A DNA stretch of 62,033 bases, the filler included. It is 8 parts of 8 records of this genome, joined end to end, with 100 filler letters (N's around TTAATTAATTAA, not from the genome) between each part and the next. Parts side by side here need not be neighbours in the genome. Positions count along the whole stretch, not along the records: positions 45,642 to 50,873 come from SRR31156797_106131; positions 50,974 to 62,033 come from SRR31156797_106392; 6 more parts are not named here. One strand, 5' to 3'. Shown one piece after another: positions 50,027 through 60,233 of this stretch (position 1 is the stretch's first letter; the number at the start of each line of letters is the position of its first letter). The notes under the pieces are model-generated. The model was not told where the DNA came from. It ran no database searches and saw nothing but the letters and a program-made list of their open reading frames with translations. A program made the position numbers and the translations under genes.

Positions 50027-50587
50027 TTACTTGGCTCTTTCCAGGTATTCACCGCTTCGGGTGTCTATCTTCAATACATCGCCTTCATTAATAAACAGGG
50101 GAACCTGAACGACCAGCCCGGTTTCCAGCTTGGCCGGTTTGGTCGCGCCGGTGGCTGTGTCGCCCTTAACACCGGGATCGCTTTCCGTGACCACAAGGTT
50201 CACCGTAGTCGGCAGATCAAGGCCGATCGGCTGCCCGTTGTAAAACAACAGCTTGATATTGATGTTCTCCTGCAGATAGTTGCTCGCATCGCCCACTTGC
50301 TCTTCACTCATGAATGTCTGTTCGTATGTCTCGTTATCCATGAAACAGAAGCCCTGCTTGTCGAGGTAAAGATACTGCATATCCTTTTCCTCCACATCGG
50401 GCCGTCCCACTTTTTCACCAGAACGGAATGTTTCGTCCAAAACCCTGCCGGTAAGCATGTTCTTTATTTTGGTGCGAACAAAAGCCCCGCCCTTGCCGGG
50501 CTTGACATGCAGGAAATCCACGATGATGTAAGGGTCTCCTTTAAATTCTATTTTTAGACCTTTTCTAAAATCACTGGTTGAATACAT
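50027..50587 (-). CDS. efp: elongation factor P
   Basis: [47 protein letters not shown]...IDTR.GEY. Confidence 0.98.
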   Translation of the reverse strand: MYSTSDFRKGLKIEFKGDPYIIVDFLHVKPGKGGAFVRTKIKNMLTGRVLDETFRSGEKVGRPDVEEKDMQYLYLDKQGFCFMDNETYEQTFMSEEQVGDASNYLQENINIKLLFYNGQPIGLDLPTTVNLVVTESDPGVKGDTATGATKPAKLETGLVVQVPLFINEGDVLKIDTRSGEYLERAK

Positions 50588-50655
50588 TATTCATCATACT
50601 CCTTAGAAATATTTATCGGTTCCAGGGAATGCACATTGCTCCGCCTTCCCCGGAT

Positions 50656-50873
50656 TTATGTCAAAGCTTCAACGGATTCCCGGCGTTTCCTGGCCGCGTC
50701 TTTCAATCGCTCCAGCTTTTTGGCCAAACGCTTCTTGCTTTCATCCTGTTTCACATCCAAAGTGTCGTCTTCAACTATATCCTCATCCAGGCTTCCGGCC
50801 TCTAAGCCCGCGCCGTCGACTTCCTCCAGTTCAAAATCCACGTTATCATCGGCCAGGTCCGCCTCATCGATAT
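50656..50873 (-). CDS. C-terminal acidic/basic tail of an unknown protein, 5' truncated
   Basis: open frame from the contig end, IDEADLADDNVDFELEE...KKRLAKKLERLKDAARKRR. Confidence 0.55.
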
Positions 50874-50973
50874 NNNNNNNNNNNNNNNNNNNNNNNNNNN
50901 NNNNNNNNNNNNNNNNNTTAATTAATTAANNNNNNNNNNNNNNNNNNNNNNNNNNNNNNNNNNNNNNNNNNNN
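50874..50973. other. artificial contig spacer
   Basis: N44-TTAATTAATTAA-N44. Confidence 0.99.
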
Positions 50974-51852
50974 CCCAGCATCATGCTGGTCATCATGGCC
51001 GACCAGCTCAACCTGTCGGTGGGGGACTTGTTCATTGGTGCGGTTTTTCCGGGGCTTATTTTAGGCTTTCTGTACATCTTCTATATTATTTTAATCGGAC
51101 TGATCCGGCCGGGAAAGGCGCCGCTGCCCGAACAAAAGGAAAAGATATCGGTCAGGGCTTTTCTGGATGTGCTCAAGACCATTCTGCCGCCCATGGGCTT
51201 GATTCTGCTGGTTTTAGGCTCTATCTTCGCCGGCGTGGCCACCATTACCGAGGCCAGCGGCGTGGGCGCTTTGGGGGCGACCCTGCTGGTGTTGTTAAAC
51301 CGGAAACTCTCCTTCAATGTCTTCAAGGAAGTGAACAAGGCAACCTTTTCCACTTGCGGCTATATTTTCGGTATCTTTTTCGGGGCACAGGCCTTCGCGC
51401 TGGTGTTGCGCATGCTCGGAGGCGATGAGTTTATCGAAAGGATGATACTCAGCCTCCCCTTCGGCCCCATGGGCATTATCGCCTTTATTCTGGGGTTGGT
51501 TTTTTTTATGGGTTTTTTTCTGGACTGGATAGAGATCAGTCTGATTTTCCTGCCCCTTCTGGCGCCGGTCCTGCCCGGACTGGAGCTGGAAATCAACGGT
51601 TTCGGTGTTATTGAGAATCCGGAGTTGGTTTGGTTCGCGGTTCTGGTGGCGGTGACCCTGCAGACCTCATTTCTCACGCCGCCGGTGGGGTTTACCATAT
51701 TTTTTCTGCAGGGGGTTGCGCCGGAGGGCGTGGTGTTGCTGGACATCTATAAAGGTGTCATCGGATTTGTCATTTTACAGATTATCGGCCTCTTGCTTGT
51801 CTTTATGTGCCCCGCGCTGGTGCTCTGGCTGCCTTCCGTGGCCTATGGATAG
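50974..51852 (+). CDS. dctM: TRAP transporter large permease (DctM), 5' truncated
   Basis: PSIMLVIMAD..SVGDLF.GA..PG, GVATITEA.GVGA.G, GFFLDWIEI, QTSFLTPP.G. Confidence 0.93.
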   Translation, partial: PSIMLVIMADQLNLSVGDLFIGAVFPGLILGFLYIFYIILIGLIRPGKAPLPEQKEKISVRAFLDVLKTILPPMGLILLVLGSIFAGVATITEASGVGALGATLLVLLNRKLSFNVFKEVNKATFSTCGYIFGIFFGAQAFALVLRMLGGDEFIERMILSLPFGPMGIIAFILGLVFFMGFFLDWIEISLIFLPLLAPVLPGLELEINGFGVIENPELVWFAVLVAVTLQTSFLTPPVGFTIFFLQGVAPEGVVLLDIYKGVIGFVILQIIGLLLVFMCPALVLWLPSVAYG

Positions 51853-51916
51853 GCCGGGCCGCCGCGGGATGGGGTTGCCGTGCCGGGGCCTGACTTCATT
51901 AATAAGGAATCACAAT

Positions 51917-52819
51917 ATGATTGATATTGAAAAGATACGAATCACTACCCTGGTTGATAACGGGGTGGCCGACATGGGTTACATGGCTGAGTGGGGCCTG
52001 AGCCTCCATCTGGGTTTTGACGATGGCATAAATGTTTTGCTCGACACCGGAGAAGGAAGGGCATGTGTCCCCAACGCTTCTGCCGCCGGTATCGACCTGG
52101 ATGAAGTGGGTGCCATCTGCCTCAGCCACGGGCATGGTGACCACACCGGGGGATTGCTTCCGGTCCTTAAAAAGATTCGGCAGAAAAACCCCCGGCGGGA
52201 AAAAGTGGACATCTATTGCCATCCCGCGGCCCTGGAAGAACAGTACATCAAGCATTCGGACAGCTATTTTTACCGCGGTATCCCTTACCATCCGGAAGAA
52301 TTGCGCAGCCTGGGGGCCCGCTTTCACACTTCAAAGGAGCCGGTCTGGCTGAATGATCATATGGTGTTGAGCGGCGAAGTCCCCTTGCAGACCGATTTCG
52401 AAGCGCCGTCCGACATCTGTTATCTCAAGAACCATGACCGGTATCACCCCAGCCCGGTTCAGGACGACCAGGCCCTTTTTGTGCGTACGCGCCAGGGTCT
52501 CCTGGTGCTCTCCGGCTGTGCCCATCGGGGGATCATCAACACCCTTCTGTATGCCAGGGAAATCACCGGAGTGGAGCAGATACACACGGTGGTGGGGGGG
52601 ACTCATCTTTTAAACACCTCCATGCGGCAACAGGAGAGAACCGCCCATATGTTTCTGGAACTTAACGTGCATAAAGTGGGCGTTTCCCACTGTACCGGGC
52701 TCAAGCCGGCCTGCTATCTGGCCCAACGCCTGGGTCCGGAGAGGTTTTTTTTCAACAACGCGGGAACGGTCATAACTTTTTCAGGTCGGGATATCACCAT
52801 TGAAGCCTTTGAAAAATAG
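51917..52819 (+). CDS. MBL-fold metallo-hydrolase (COG1237-type), cytoplasmic
   Basis: ITTLVDN, AEWGLS, LLDTG, LSHGHGDHTGG, DDQAL, GCAHRG, GGTHL, SHCTG; AAGGA RBS. Confidence 0.9.
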   Translation: MIDIEKIRITTLVDNGVADMGYMAEWGLSLHLGFDDGINVLLDTGEGRACVPNASAAGIDLDEVGAICLSHGHGDHTGGLLPVLKKIRQKNPRREKVDIYCHPAALEEQYIKHSDSYFYRGIPYHPEELRSLGARFHTSKEPVWLNDHMVLSGEVPLQTDFEAPSDICYLKNHDRYHPSPVQDDQALFVRTRQGLLVLSGCAHRGIINTLLYAREITGVEQIHTVVGGTHLLNTSMRQQERTAHMFLELNVHKVGVSHCTGLKPACYLAQRLGPERFFFNNAGTVITFSGRDITIEAFEK

Positions 52820-53021
52820 TATCCATCGGATTGAAACCCTAAATAATATGGAAAAGGAGGTGAGATTCGCGGTTCCTTTCATTTGATATGCAGGTTGTGT
52901 GAAGCCTGTGAATACCACCCAACCGGAGAGTTATGCGTTGAGGGGGTATCGGATAGGCCTCAAAATATGAAACGCGGTGGGTGTGCCGCATAATTTGTAT
53001 CAACAGCAAAGGAGGGAGCAA

Positions 53022-54119
53022 ATGAAACGAAGGGACTTTTTAAAGGGCGTGGCGGCCGCTGGAGCGGCTGCATCGGTAACCGGCGGGCTGGGTATGATGC
53101 CCGAAGCGGCCCATGCGGGCAAAAAACAGGACTTCGGCCAGGTCAAGGGCGTTAAGGTGGATGTCTTGAGCGAGACCAGCTGGTTTGACAATGCCAAGTT
53201 CAAGAAAAACATCATGGACTACGGCGGCGCCATGACCAACCAGTATGATATCCCCTGGGATTGGGACAACGCCGGCGGGTATATGACCAAAATCACCGTC
53301 ACCCCGTTGGAGGGCGAGCCCAAGGTCTTCCTCATGGACACGGGCTGGAACAATGACTGGGTGGACTACATCTATGATGAGAAGTCCGATATGGGTAAGC
53401 TCCTCACCTCCGGGGAGGTGGACACCATGATCCTGTCCCATTGGCACCTGGACCATTACTGGGGCGTTGAATCCACCCTCAAGCGTAACCCCAAGATTAC
53501 CATGATTGCGCCCAAAACATACTACCCCGAGGACATGAAGTTATTAAAGGGCGGCACCAACATCGCGAAGACCAAGGACGGCAAGGAAGTGGTGATCAAC
53601 AAGAACAAGGTTCCCCACCAAGGGAAGCTGATGCTCACGGGCCCCAAGGGGGAGAATGGAAGCGGCCTCTACAAGATCATGCCGGGCATGGCCGTCAAGA
53701 TGTATGATGTGCCCATCCTTTTGAGGGTGCGGGGAGAGAACGTGCTCTACTTCAACGTCAAGGATAAAGGTGTCGTTACCGTAACCGGCTGCTGCCACCC
53801 CGGCATCCTCACCCTTAACGCATGGGCCCGGCGAAATGTGAAGGGGTATCAGCCGTATGGGTGTTACGGCGGTCTCCACATCAGCCTCTTTGAGACCTGG
53901 GATCCCAAGTTCAATGATATCATCAAGGGGGTGAAAGCCTTCAAGCTCAAAAAGGTGGGCTGCAACCACTGTACCGGCTGGATTTGGGCGGACAAGGCTG
54001 CCCAGGCCGGTGTGCCGGTGGTAAAGGGTACCAATAAGTACAAAACCTATAAAAAATACTCAACGGTGGCCAAGGCCAACAACGTCTTTTTGACCAACGG
54101 AGACACGGTGGAATTCTAA
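53022..54119 (+). CDS. Tat-exported MBL-fold protein (COG1237-like)
   Basis: MKRRDFLKG...AAHA signal; MDTGW, SHWHLDHYWG, TGCCHPG, GGLH, CNHCTG. Confidence 0.88.
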   Translation: MKRRDFLKGVAAAGAAASVTGGLGMMPEAAHAGKKQDFGQVKGVKVDVLSETSWFDNAKFKKNIMDYGGAMTNQYDIPWDWDNAGGYMTKITVTPLEGEPKVFLMDTGWNNDWVDYIYDEKSDMGKLLTSGEVDTMILSHWHLDHYWGVESTLKRNPKITMIAPKTYYPEDMKLLKGGTNIAKTKDGKEVVINKNKVPHQGKLMLTGPKGENGSGLYKIMPGMAVKMYDVPILLRVRGENVLYFNVKDKGVVTVTGCCHPGILTLNAWARRNVKGYQPYGCYGGLHISLFETWDPKFNDIIKGVKAFKLKKVGCNHCTGWIWADKAAQAGVPVVKGTNKYKTYKKYSTVAKANNVFLTNGDTVEF

Positions 54120-54143
54120 GGCGCTTAAACGCCGGAACCGGCT

Positions 54144-54169
54144 GGCCGGGCGGTGATGGCCGCCCGGCC
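54144..54169 (+). other. intercistronic GC hairpin
   Basis: ggccgggcgg-tgatgg-ccgcccggcc; no U-tract. Confidence 0.55.
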
Positions 54170-54209
54170 GACCAATTTGCTATCAACATCTTCCTCGGAG
54201 GGATGTTTT

Positions 54210-55436
54210 ATGAACCAGAAGCTGGAAAACGGCGGCAAATTCAACTATCTCTACGGCCTTATCAATCTGGCCGTGGTTTTTTGTATCGTGTGGCTGCTCT
54301 GGTATGTTTTCATGCATGCCGACGGCTTAATGAAACTATATACGCCCATGTACGGATTTTCTCTGGTGGCCATGTTTTTGGCCTCGGTGGTTCTGTTGGG
54401 CAAGGTGCTGGGTTGGCCGGGAAATGGTGACGGATCCCTGTCTGGAAATGCCGTCATCGCAAAGGGCATATTGGGCACCGTCATCGCACTGGCCATCATG
54501 TATGTGGTTTACTATCTGATATTTTGGCTCTTTATCGGGGGGTTGGGTGTGGCCTACTTCAGCCCCGGCGCCCTGGTGGCGGGTGGCGGCACGGGCGCGG
54601 AACCGTGGAATGCCCGGGAGTGGGCTTCCACCGCCATACTCTATTTCTCCACCGCATTTTTGTGGTGGGCCCTGGTGTGGAACCTGGGGTTCGGCCGTTT
54701 CCCCTGGCAAAATGACGGACCCTGGGTGGTCGGTTTTTCCAGGATGTTTGTTGTTTTGTTTTTCGCCATCATAACCTTTGCGGTGATGTTTCACCCCCAT
54801 GTCTGCGTTCTCTTTCCCGAGGCTCAGACAATGGTTGGGGCGCAAGCCTGGTGGGAGGTCTGGGCGGAGACGGGCAGTGCCTTCTGGGGGCTGGGTCTGG
54901 TGCTTTGTACCCTGTTCTGGGTGGTTTTCTGCGATCTATTCTGGGAAGGCCAACCCTTCGGGCTCATGGACAAAGAAGGCGAAGGTACCCTTTTAAAGGG
55001 CATCGTGACCTTTCTGGTGACCCTGGCGCTCGGTCTGCTGCTCATGAAAATACTCACGTTGGTTTTCAACGGTATCTGGATGGAGCCCTATCAGGGCGGA
55101 CAGTATACCGACGGTCCCGACTGGCGATACATTCACATGGGTGAGATTTCGGGCTTCTGTGTGTTGTTCGCCTTTATCTGGAAAACCTATTTCAACAACT
55201 TCCCCAACGGCCTGCCCCTGATTCCGCGGGCCGTGATCCGTTCGGTTATCGGAATGGTTGGCGGTCTTTTGATATACTGGTTCTATTATTCACCCTTGAG
55301 CAACTTTTTCCTGGGCAAGGTGGCGGGTTGGGCACAGCCCGATGATCAGCCTCTGGTCTGGACCCTGTTGTTTTTGTCGGTGGTGTTGATCCAGTCCGAT
55401 TTTTTTCAAAACTGGCCGCGGCGTGGGGTTAGGTGA
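54210..55436 (+). CDS. Trp/Phe-rich polytopic membrane protein, putative transporter
   Basis: about 10-11 TM helices, LWYVFMH..GLMKLYTPMYG motif; GGAGGG RBS before MNQKL. Confidence 0.75.
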   Translation: MNQKLENGGKFNYLYGLINLAVVFCIVWLLWYVFMHADGLMKLYTPMYGFSLVAMFLASVVLLGKVLGWPGNGDGSLSGNAVIAKGILGTVIALAIMYVVYYLIFWLFIGGLGVAYFSPGALVAGGGTGAEPWNAREWASTAILYFSTAFLWWALVWNLGFGRFPWQNDGPWVVGFSRMFVVLFFAIITFAVMFHPHVCVLFPEAQTMVGAQAWWEVWAETGSAFWGLGLVLCTLFWVVFCDLFWEGQPFGLMDKEGEGTLLKGIVTFLVTLALGLLLMKILTLVFNGIWMEPYQGGQYTDGPDWRYIHMGEISGFCVLFAFIWKTYFNNFPNGLPLIPRAVIRSVIGMVGGLLIYWFYYSPLSNFFLGKVAGWAQPDDQPLVWTLLFLSVVLIQSDFFQNWPRRGVR

Positions 55437-55467
55437 AACGCGTGATGAGTCATTAAAAGGGGTCAAG

Positions 55468-55731
55468 ATGGCTGACAAAAGCAAGCGCCATTTTTTTCGG
55501 GACCTGTTGCGGGAGGGTGGGCGAACCTGGGCCGCCTTTCAGGAAGGACGGGAGGAGGCTCGGGAAAAGGCGGATCAAGATGCCTTTTTCGATTCCTACG
55601 AGTCCAGCTATGCCCTCACCCTGGCGGAAGAAGAGCTGGTGATGGACAGCGCTCGCCAGGCCGGCATCAAAACCGAAGGGCGGGATAAAAACGAAATAGC
55701 CAAGGAATTGTTTTCCAAACAGGGAAGGTAG
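55468..55731 (+). CDS. small hypothetical protein
   Basis: MADKSKRHFFRDLL...; 87 aa, operonic spacing. Confidence 0.7.
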   Translation: MADKSKRHFFRDLLREGGRTWAAFQEGREEAREKADQDAFFDSYESSYALTLAEEELVMDSARQAGIKTEGRDKNEIAKELFSKQGR

Positions 55732-55732
55732 C

Positions 55733-56635
55733 TTGGTCTTGGAAACATTTTTACAAGGACATATAGACGGCCTTCTGGTTGCCGCTTCCTGGGTGGAGCG
55801 GCTGCGCGGAGAGCTGGGGCTTGAGGGCGTGCATCAGGTATGGGGAGAGGTGCCGACCTGGTATTTATGGTTGGGCGCCTCCCCCGGTGCCTATTGTCTG
55901 GAGATGGTCCATGTATCCCGGGTGGGCGACGGCCTTATCAACGGTAGTTTTGCCGTGAAGTTTTACCCTGCCCCGGATAGCGAGATTTTCCAAACGTTGC
56001 CACCCGAGGAGAGGGAGATCCGGCAAAGCGTACTTTTTGACGCCAGCGGCGCGCCGGTCTTTGAGACCCGCCACCGTATCCCCGCAGATCTTTTCACCGT
56101 GGGTGTCTTGGCCCTGACCTTGGATCCGGATCAGGAATGGGGCCTTTATACCATCACCGCTCTGAATATTTGTCGCCGGGTGGTGGGGGGTAGTGGCGGC
56201 AAAGAGGTCCTGCTTGGCCGCCTACCGGGATGGCAATTGTCTTTTGCCCTTTATCACAGATTGTTGTGCCTCCATGCTTTCCACAAAAAGCATCCCCCGG
56301 TGAATGCGCAGTTCAGTGTTGAGCCGGGTTTCGAGAAGGTTTATACCCCGGGTGTGGATGCTCTGACGCGTCCATGTTCGGCCAACAAGACCCTGACCTT
56401 GAGCGTTCTCTTTGGGCCGGATCCGGCCAAACCACCGGCCGAGCCCCTGGAGCTGATGCGCCGGGAGTTGGACGAAAGCGGCGGACGGAAGATCCTTGAC
56501 CAGAGTTTTACCTGCCAACATTTTCATGGCTTGGAAATCGGTCCGGAAGGTCAGCCGGTTTTGAGCGAGGATTGGTGGCGTCTTGCAGGGGTGGATTATA
56601 AGTCGGAGCTGTCCTCCGCCTGTGGTTGTTGTTAA
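55733..56635 (+). CDS. hypothetical protein with C-terminal CQHFH and ACGCC
   Basis: 300 aa, TTG start 1 nt after the upstream stop. Confidence 0.7.
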   Translation: MVLETFLQGHIDGLLVAASWVERLRGELGLEGVHQVWGEVPTWYLWLGASPGAYCLEMVHVSRVGDGLINGSFAVKFYPAPDSEIFQTLPPEEREIRQSVLFDASGAPVFETRHRIPADLFTVGVLALTLDPDQEWGLYTITALNICRRVVGGSGGKEVLLGRLPGWQLSFALYHRLLCLHAFHKKHPPVNAQFSVEPGFEKVYTPGVDALTRPCSANKTLTLSVLFGPDPAKPPAEPLELMRRELDESGGRKILDQSFTCQHFHGLEIGPEGQPVLSEDWWRLAGVDYKSELSSACGCC

Positions 56636-56957
56636 GGGTTTGTTCAAAAATCACTTCAAATTTTCCCATCACAGCTTCAAGCTATCTCCCTGTCCCGTTT
56701 CAGGGAGATGAAGTCCCCGAAAGATTAAAAGAAAAAGGACAAAACCGGCTCTTGTTCCGTTATCGGATCGCACACAATGCTGTACATGCCCTCCCCGAGA
56801 TCGTATAAATAGATCATATATGGGGGCTTGGGTCGATTCTAGAGAATCCGCATGGTTGACCGGACCCTATCCCTCATTTTCCATCCATGAGTCAGTTTAC
56901 GAAACGCACCCTCTTATCACAAGCACGCCGCTATTTTCGAAACGGAGGAAGCTTGAA

Positions 56958-59390
56958 ATGAGACTTCGCGTCATACTTCTGGTCTTGAGCCTGCTGGCCT
57001 TTTTTTCGGCAGCTGTTGCGGGTTATCAATACTACACTTCTTCCAAAACCGCCGCCTTCAAGGAGGCGGACCGAAAGGCCCTGCTGCAGGCTGAAACCCT
57101 CCGGAACCGGATCGCTTCATTTCTGTTTGAAAACATGAAAACCGTAAAGGTCCTGGCGGGCCTTGGGGAAATGAAGGTCGCCCTCTCCATAGGAGACCCT
57201 CGAAGCATACGGGCGGCAAATGGCATCCTGGATCATATGAACAAGGTCCTTCAAACGGACGTCTCCTACCTCATTGACCGGAAAGGTTTCACCATCGCTT
57301 CCAGCAACCGAAACCGGACGGATAGTTTTGTGGGGCAGAATTATGCTTTCAGACCCTATTTCAAGGATGCGATTAATGGGACCACTTCCATCTATATGGC
57401 CCTGGGCGTCACTTCCAAAAAGCGCGGCATTTATTACAGCTGTCCCATATACGGCAGCAATGGCCATAGGCCCACCGGTGTGGCGGTGATCAAGACTGCC
57501 GTTGATCCTCTGGAAAATGAATTCTCAGGAACTTTTGAAGGTTCCGTTATGCTCACCGACCCCAACGGAATTGTTTTCATGAGCAATCGGAAGGACTTCA
57601 TTTTAAACCTTCTGTGGGAACTCCCTTCCGAAAAGACCGTGGAAATAACCGAAACCATGCAGTTCGGCAGGGGGCCGTGGAGCTGGAGCGGCATTAAGCG
57701 GATAGATCTTACCCAAGCCGTTGACGCGGCCGGGAAACAATATCTGATCAGAGAATTGGATATAGAGAACTACCCCGGCTGGCGCATCATCTTTCTTCGA
57801 AGTCTCAAGTCGATTTCCCGGCATGTTTCCAATCCGCTTTTGAGGACGACCCTCCCCATCATTTCCATGCTCTGTGTTCTGGTGGGGTTGAGCGTCTTCT
57901 TTCTGTATCGAAGAGCCAGCATTGATATTTTAAGGCGAAAAGCGGCTGAAAAAGCGCTGAAAGAGAGTGAAGAGACGGCCCTTGCCCTCTTGAACGCCCC
58001 CACCGAAAGCGCGTTGCTCCTCGATACGGACGGCAAAATTCTCGCCTTGAACGTGACAGCCGCCGATGCCATGGGTAAATCCATGGAGGAACTGGCGGGG
58101 CTGAATGTTTATGAACAGTTTTCCGGCCACATTGCCAAGCGCAGGGAAGCGTATCATAAAGAGGTCCTGGAAACGGGAAAGCCCGTCCGCTATGAAGACG
58201 AGCGCCGGGGAAGGTGGCGGGACACCAACCTTTATCCGGTTCTGGATTCACGGAAAAGAGTGGTTCGCGTGGCCATTTTCTCCCGCGATATTACGGAACA
58301 AAAAAGAGCTGAACAGGCACTTAAAAAGGCCAGGGACGCGTTACGTCAATATTCCAGGGAATTGGAGTTGCAGGTCAGGGAAAGGACCAAGGAAATTGCC
58401 AGTATCCTTGAAAATACGCCCGCCCTGGTCTTTGTTAAAGACATGAAATTCCGTTATCTATTCGCGAATACCCGGTTTCAGGAACTCTTTGACATTAAAA
58501 AAGACGCCATTCGAGGGCAAACGGACCATGACATTTTTCCCAAGCAAATCGCCCGGCGGCTTCGTGAATCCGAACTCAAAGTCCTGTCGGAAAAACGCCC
58601 CTTTCATGTGGAAGAGGAGATTCCCCAGAAGGACGGCCTTCATACCTACCTGCTGGTCAGATTTCCCATCTTTGATGAATATGGATCCATTCAGAGACTT
58701 TGCGGCATTGCCACGGATGTTACGGAACTGAAAGCCGCACAGCATCAGCTCAGACGTCTTTCGGCCCGATTTATGGATGGGCAGGAAGAAGAACGTGCCG
58801 CCATCGCCCGGGAACTGCATGATGAATTGGGCCAGATGCTGACGGCATTGCGCATGGAGTCTGTCTGGCTGTACCATCACCTTAAAGAGAATGACCCGCC
58901 GGCCGGGGAAAGGGCTTCGGCCATGAGCGGGCTGATCGATGAAACCATCGATGAGGTCAGGGGCATGGCACTCAGGCTGCGTCCCAAGGTACTGGATGAT
59001 CTCGGCATTATCGATGCGCTGGAATGGTACGCCACGGAATTTGAAAAAAGGTCCGGTATTGCGGCTATTTTCAAAAACCGAAATGTACCGCCCATAGACC
59101 GTACCCTGTCAACGGCCATTTACCGTATCGTTCAGGAGGCGTTGACCAATGTGGCCCGCCATTCCCATGCAACCCACGTGGATATTCTGCTGCAAATGGA
59201 AGGGAAACTTCTGACCCTCTCCATTAAGGACAACGGCTGCGGCTTTGGTGAGAAAGAACCGCTTAAATCTCAAGGCCTGGGCATCGCGGGGATGCGGGAG
59301 AGGGTCAACCTTGCGGGTGGCCTTTTTGACATTCAATCCAGGACCGGCGAAGGGACCCATGTTATTGTCACTATTCCGCTTAAAGGGTAA
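56958..59390 (+). CDS. sensor histidine kinase (DctB-like Cache, 2 PAS, HisKA_3/NarX-type)
   Basis: SFVGQNYAFRPYF; QEEERAAIARELHDELGQ.LT, LRP..LDDLG, QEALTNVARHS, DNG.GF, GLGIAGMRER; GGAGG RBS. Confidence 0.93.
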   Translation: MRLRVILLVLSLLAFFSAAVAGYQYYTSSKTAAFKEADRKALLQAETLRNRIASFLFENMKTVKVLAGLGEMKVALSIGDPRSIRAANGILDHMNKVLQTDVSYLIDRKGFTIASSNRNRTDSFVGQNYAFRPYFKDAINGTTSIYMALGVTSKKRGIYYSCPIYGSNGHRPTGVAVIKTAVDPLENEFSGTFEGSVMLTDPNGIVFMSNRKDFILNLLWELPSEKTVEITETMQFGRGPWSWSGIKRIDLTQAVDAAGKQYLIRELDIENYPGWRIIFLRSLKSISRHVSNPLLRTTLPIISMLCVLVGLSVFFLYRRASIDILRRKAAEKALKESEETALALLNAPTESALLLDTDGKILALNVTAADAMGKSMEELAGLNVYEQFSGHIAKRREAYHKEVLETGKPVRYEDERRGRWRDTNLYPVLDSRKRVVRVAIFSRDITEQKRAEQALKKARDALRQYSRELELQVRERTKEIASILENTPALVFVKDMKFRYLFANTRFQELFDIKKDAIRGQTDHDIFPKQIARRLRESELKVLSEKRPFHVEEEIPQKDGLHTYLLVRFPIFDEYGSIQRLCGIATDVTELKAAQHQLRRLSARFMDGQEEERAAIARELHDELGQMLTALRMESVWLYHHLKENDPPAGERASAMSGLIDETIDEVRGMALRLRPKVLDDLGIIDALEWYATEFEKRSGIAAIFKNRNVPPIDRTLSTAIYRIVQEALTNVARHSHATHVDILLQMEGKLLTLSIKDNGCGFGEKEPLKSQGLGIAGMRERVNLAGGLFDIQSRTGEGTHVIVTIPLKG

Positions 59391-59403
59391 AGGAGCATGA
59401 AAA

Positions 59404-60042
59404 ATGATCAGAATACTGTTGGCTGACGATCACAGCATTGTTCGGGACGGCCTCCGTCGCATCATTGAAGATGCGGGGGACATGGCGGTGATCGCAGAAG
59501 CGGATGACGGTCACGGGGCCATTCATCAGGTTCGGAAAAGCGCTCCCGATGTGGTTGTCATGGATATCAGCATGCCGGGGATGGACGGTCTGGAAGCGGT
59601 GGCCCAGATTCACGGCAACTATCCTGAACTGCCCATTCTCATCCTGACCATGCATGAGGAAGAACAGTATGTGGTCCGGTGTATATCGGCGGGGGCCATG
59701 GGGTATGTCACCAAAAGATCGGCCCCCGAAGACCTGGTCAAGGCCATACGGAAAATCCATGGAGGAGGACGTTATCTCACGGCCTCCGCGGCCGAAGCAA
59801 TGGCCATGCGCGTGGCAAGGGGAAAGGAAAGCCTCTCGCCCTTGGACGCTTTGTCGGACAGGGAAATCCAGGTATTGAAACACCTGGCCTCAGGCAAAAC
59901 AAACCGTGAAATTGCCGAGATCTATTTCATCAGTATTAAAACGGTGGATACCTATCGCCTCCGCCTGCTCAGAAAATTGAATCTTCGAAACAATGCGGAA
60001 CTGGCGCGTTTTGCCATTCAGAGCGGGCTCATTGAGCCCTGA
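59404..60042 (+). CDS. NarL/LuxR-family response regulator
   Basis: LADDH, MDISMP, LTMH, LSDREIQVL...GKTNREIA...ISIKTVDTYR. Confidence 0.96.
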   Translation: MIRILLADDHSIVRDGLRRIIEDAGDMAVIAEADDGHGAIHQVRKSAPDVVVMDISMPGMDGLEAVAQIHGNYPELPILILTMHEEEQYVVRCISAGAMGYVTKRSAPEDLVKAIRKIHGGGRYLTASAAEAMAMRVARGKESLSPLDALSDREIQVLKHLASGKTNREIAEIYFISIKTVDTYRLRLLRKLNLRNNAELARFAIQSGLIEP

Positions 60043-60055
60043 TACCTGAAAAAGA

Positions 60056-60096
60056 TGTAAGAAAATTTCCTACAGTAAAATCAGAAATCTCCCGAT
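60056..60096. promoter_or_regulatory. candidate response-regulator binding site (tandem imperfect palindromes)
   Basis: TGTAAGAAAATTTCCTACA followed by ATCAG-N7-CCGAT, just after the regulator and before the SBP genes. Confidence 0.55.
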
Positions 60097-60233
60097 TTAC
60101 AATCCGTTTTCACACCTGTAGCATCACGGACAATCCGTTTCAATTCTTAGAAACCTGTCAGCCCAGGAAAAAGTGTATTTGGTTTATCCGCCCTGATGAG
60201 ACAGTTTATCTGAATCGCAAGGAGGGATGAGAA

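Noticed and set aside
5767-50973. Recurring TTAATTAATTAA flanked by N runs as a biological repeat or CRISPR
   Set aside because: Identical 100-nt linker with stops in all frames; an assembly concatenation artefact. ORF ends running into X are truncations.
51716-51916. N-terminal extension of the MBL ORF (similarly 16107-16229, 37016-37063, 56820-56957)
   Set aside because: These overlap upstream genes or intergenic DNA; downstream starts have RBSs and/or family-typical N-termini.
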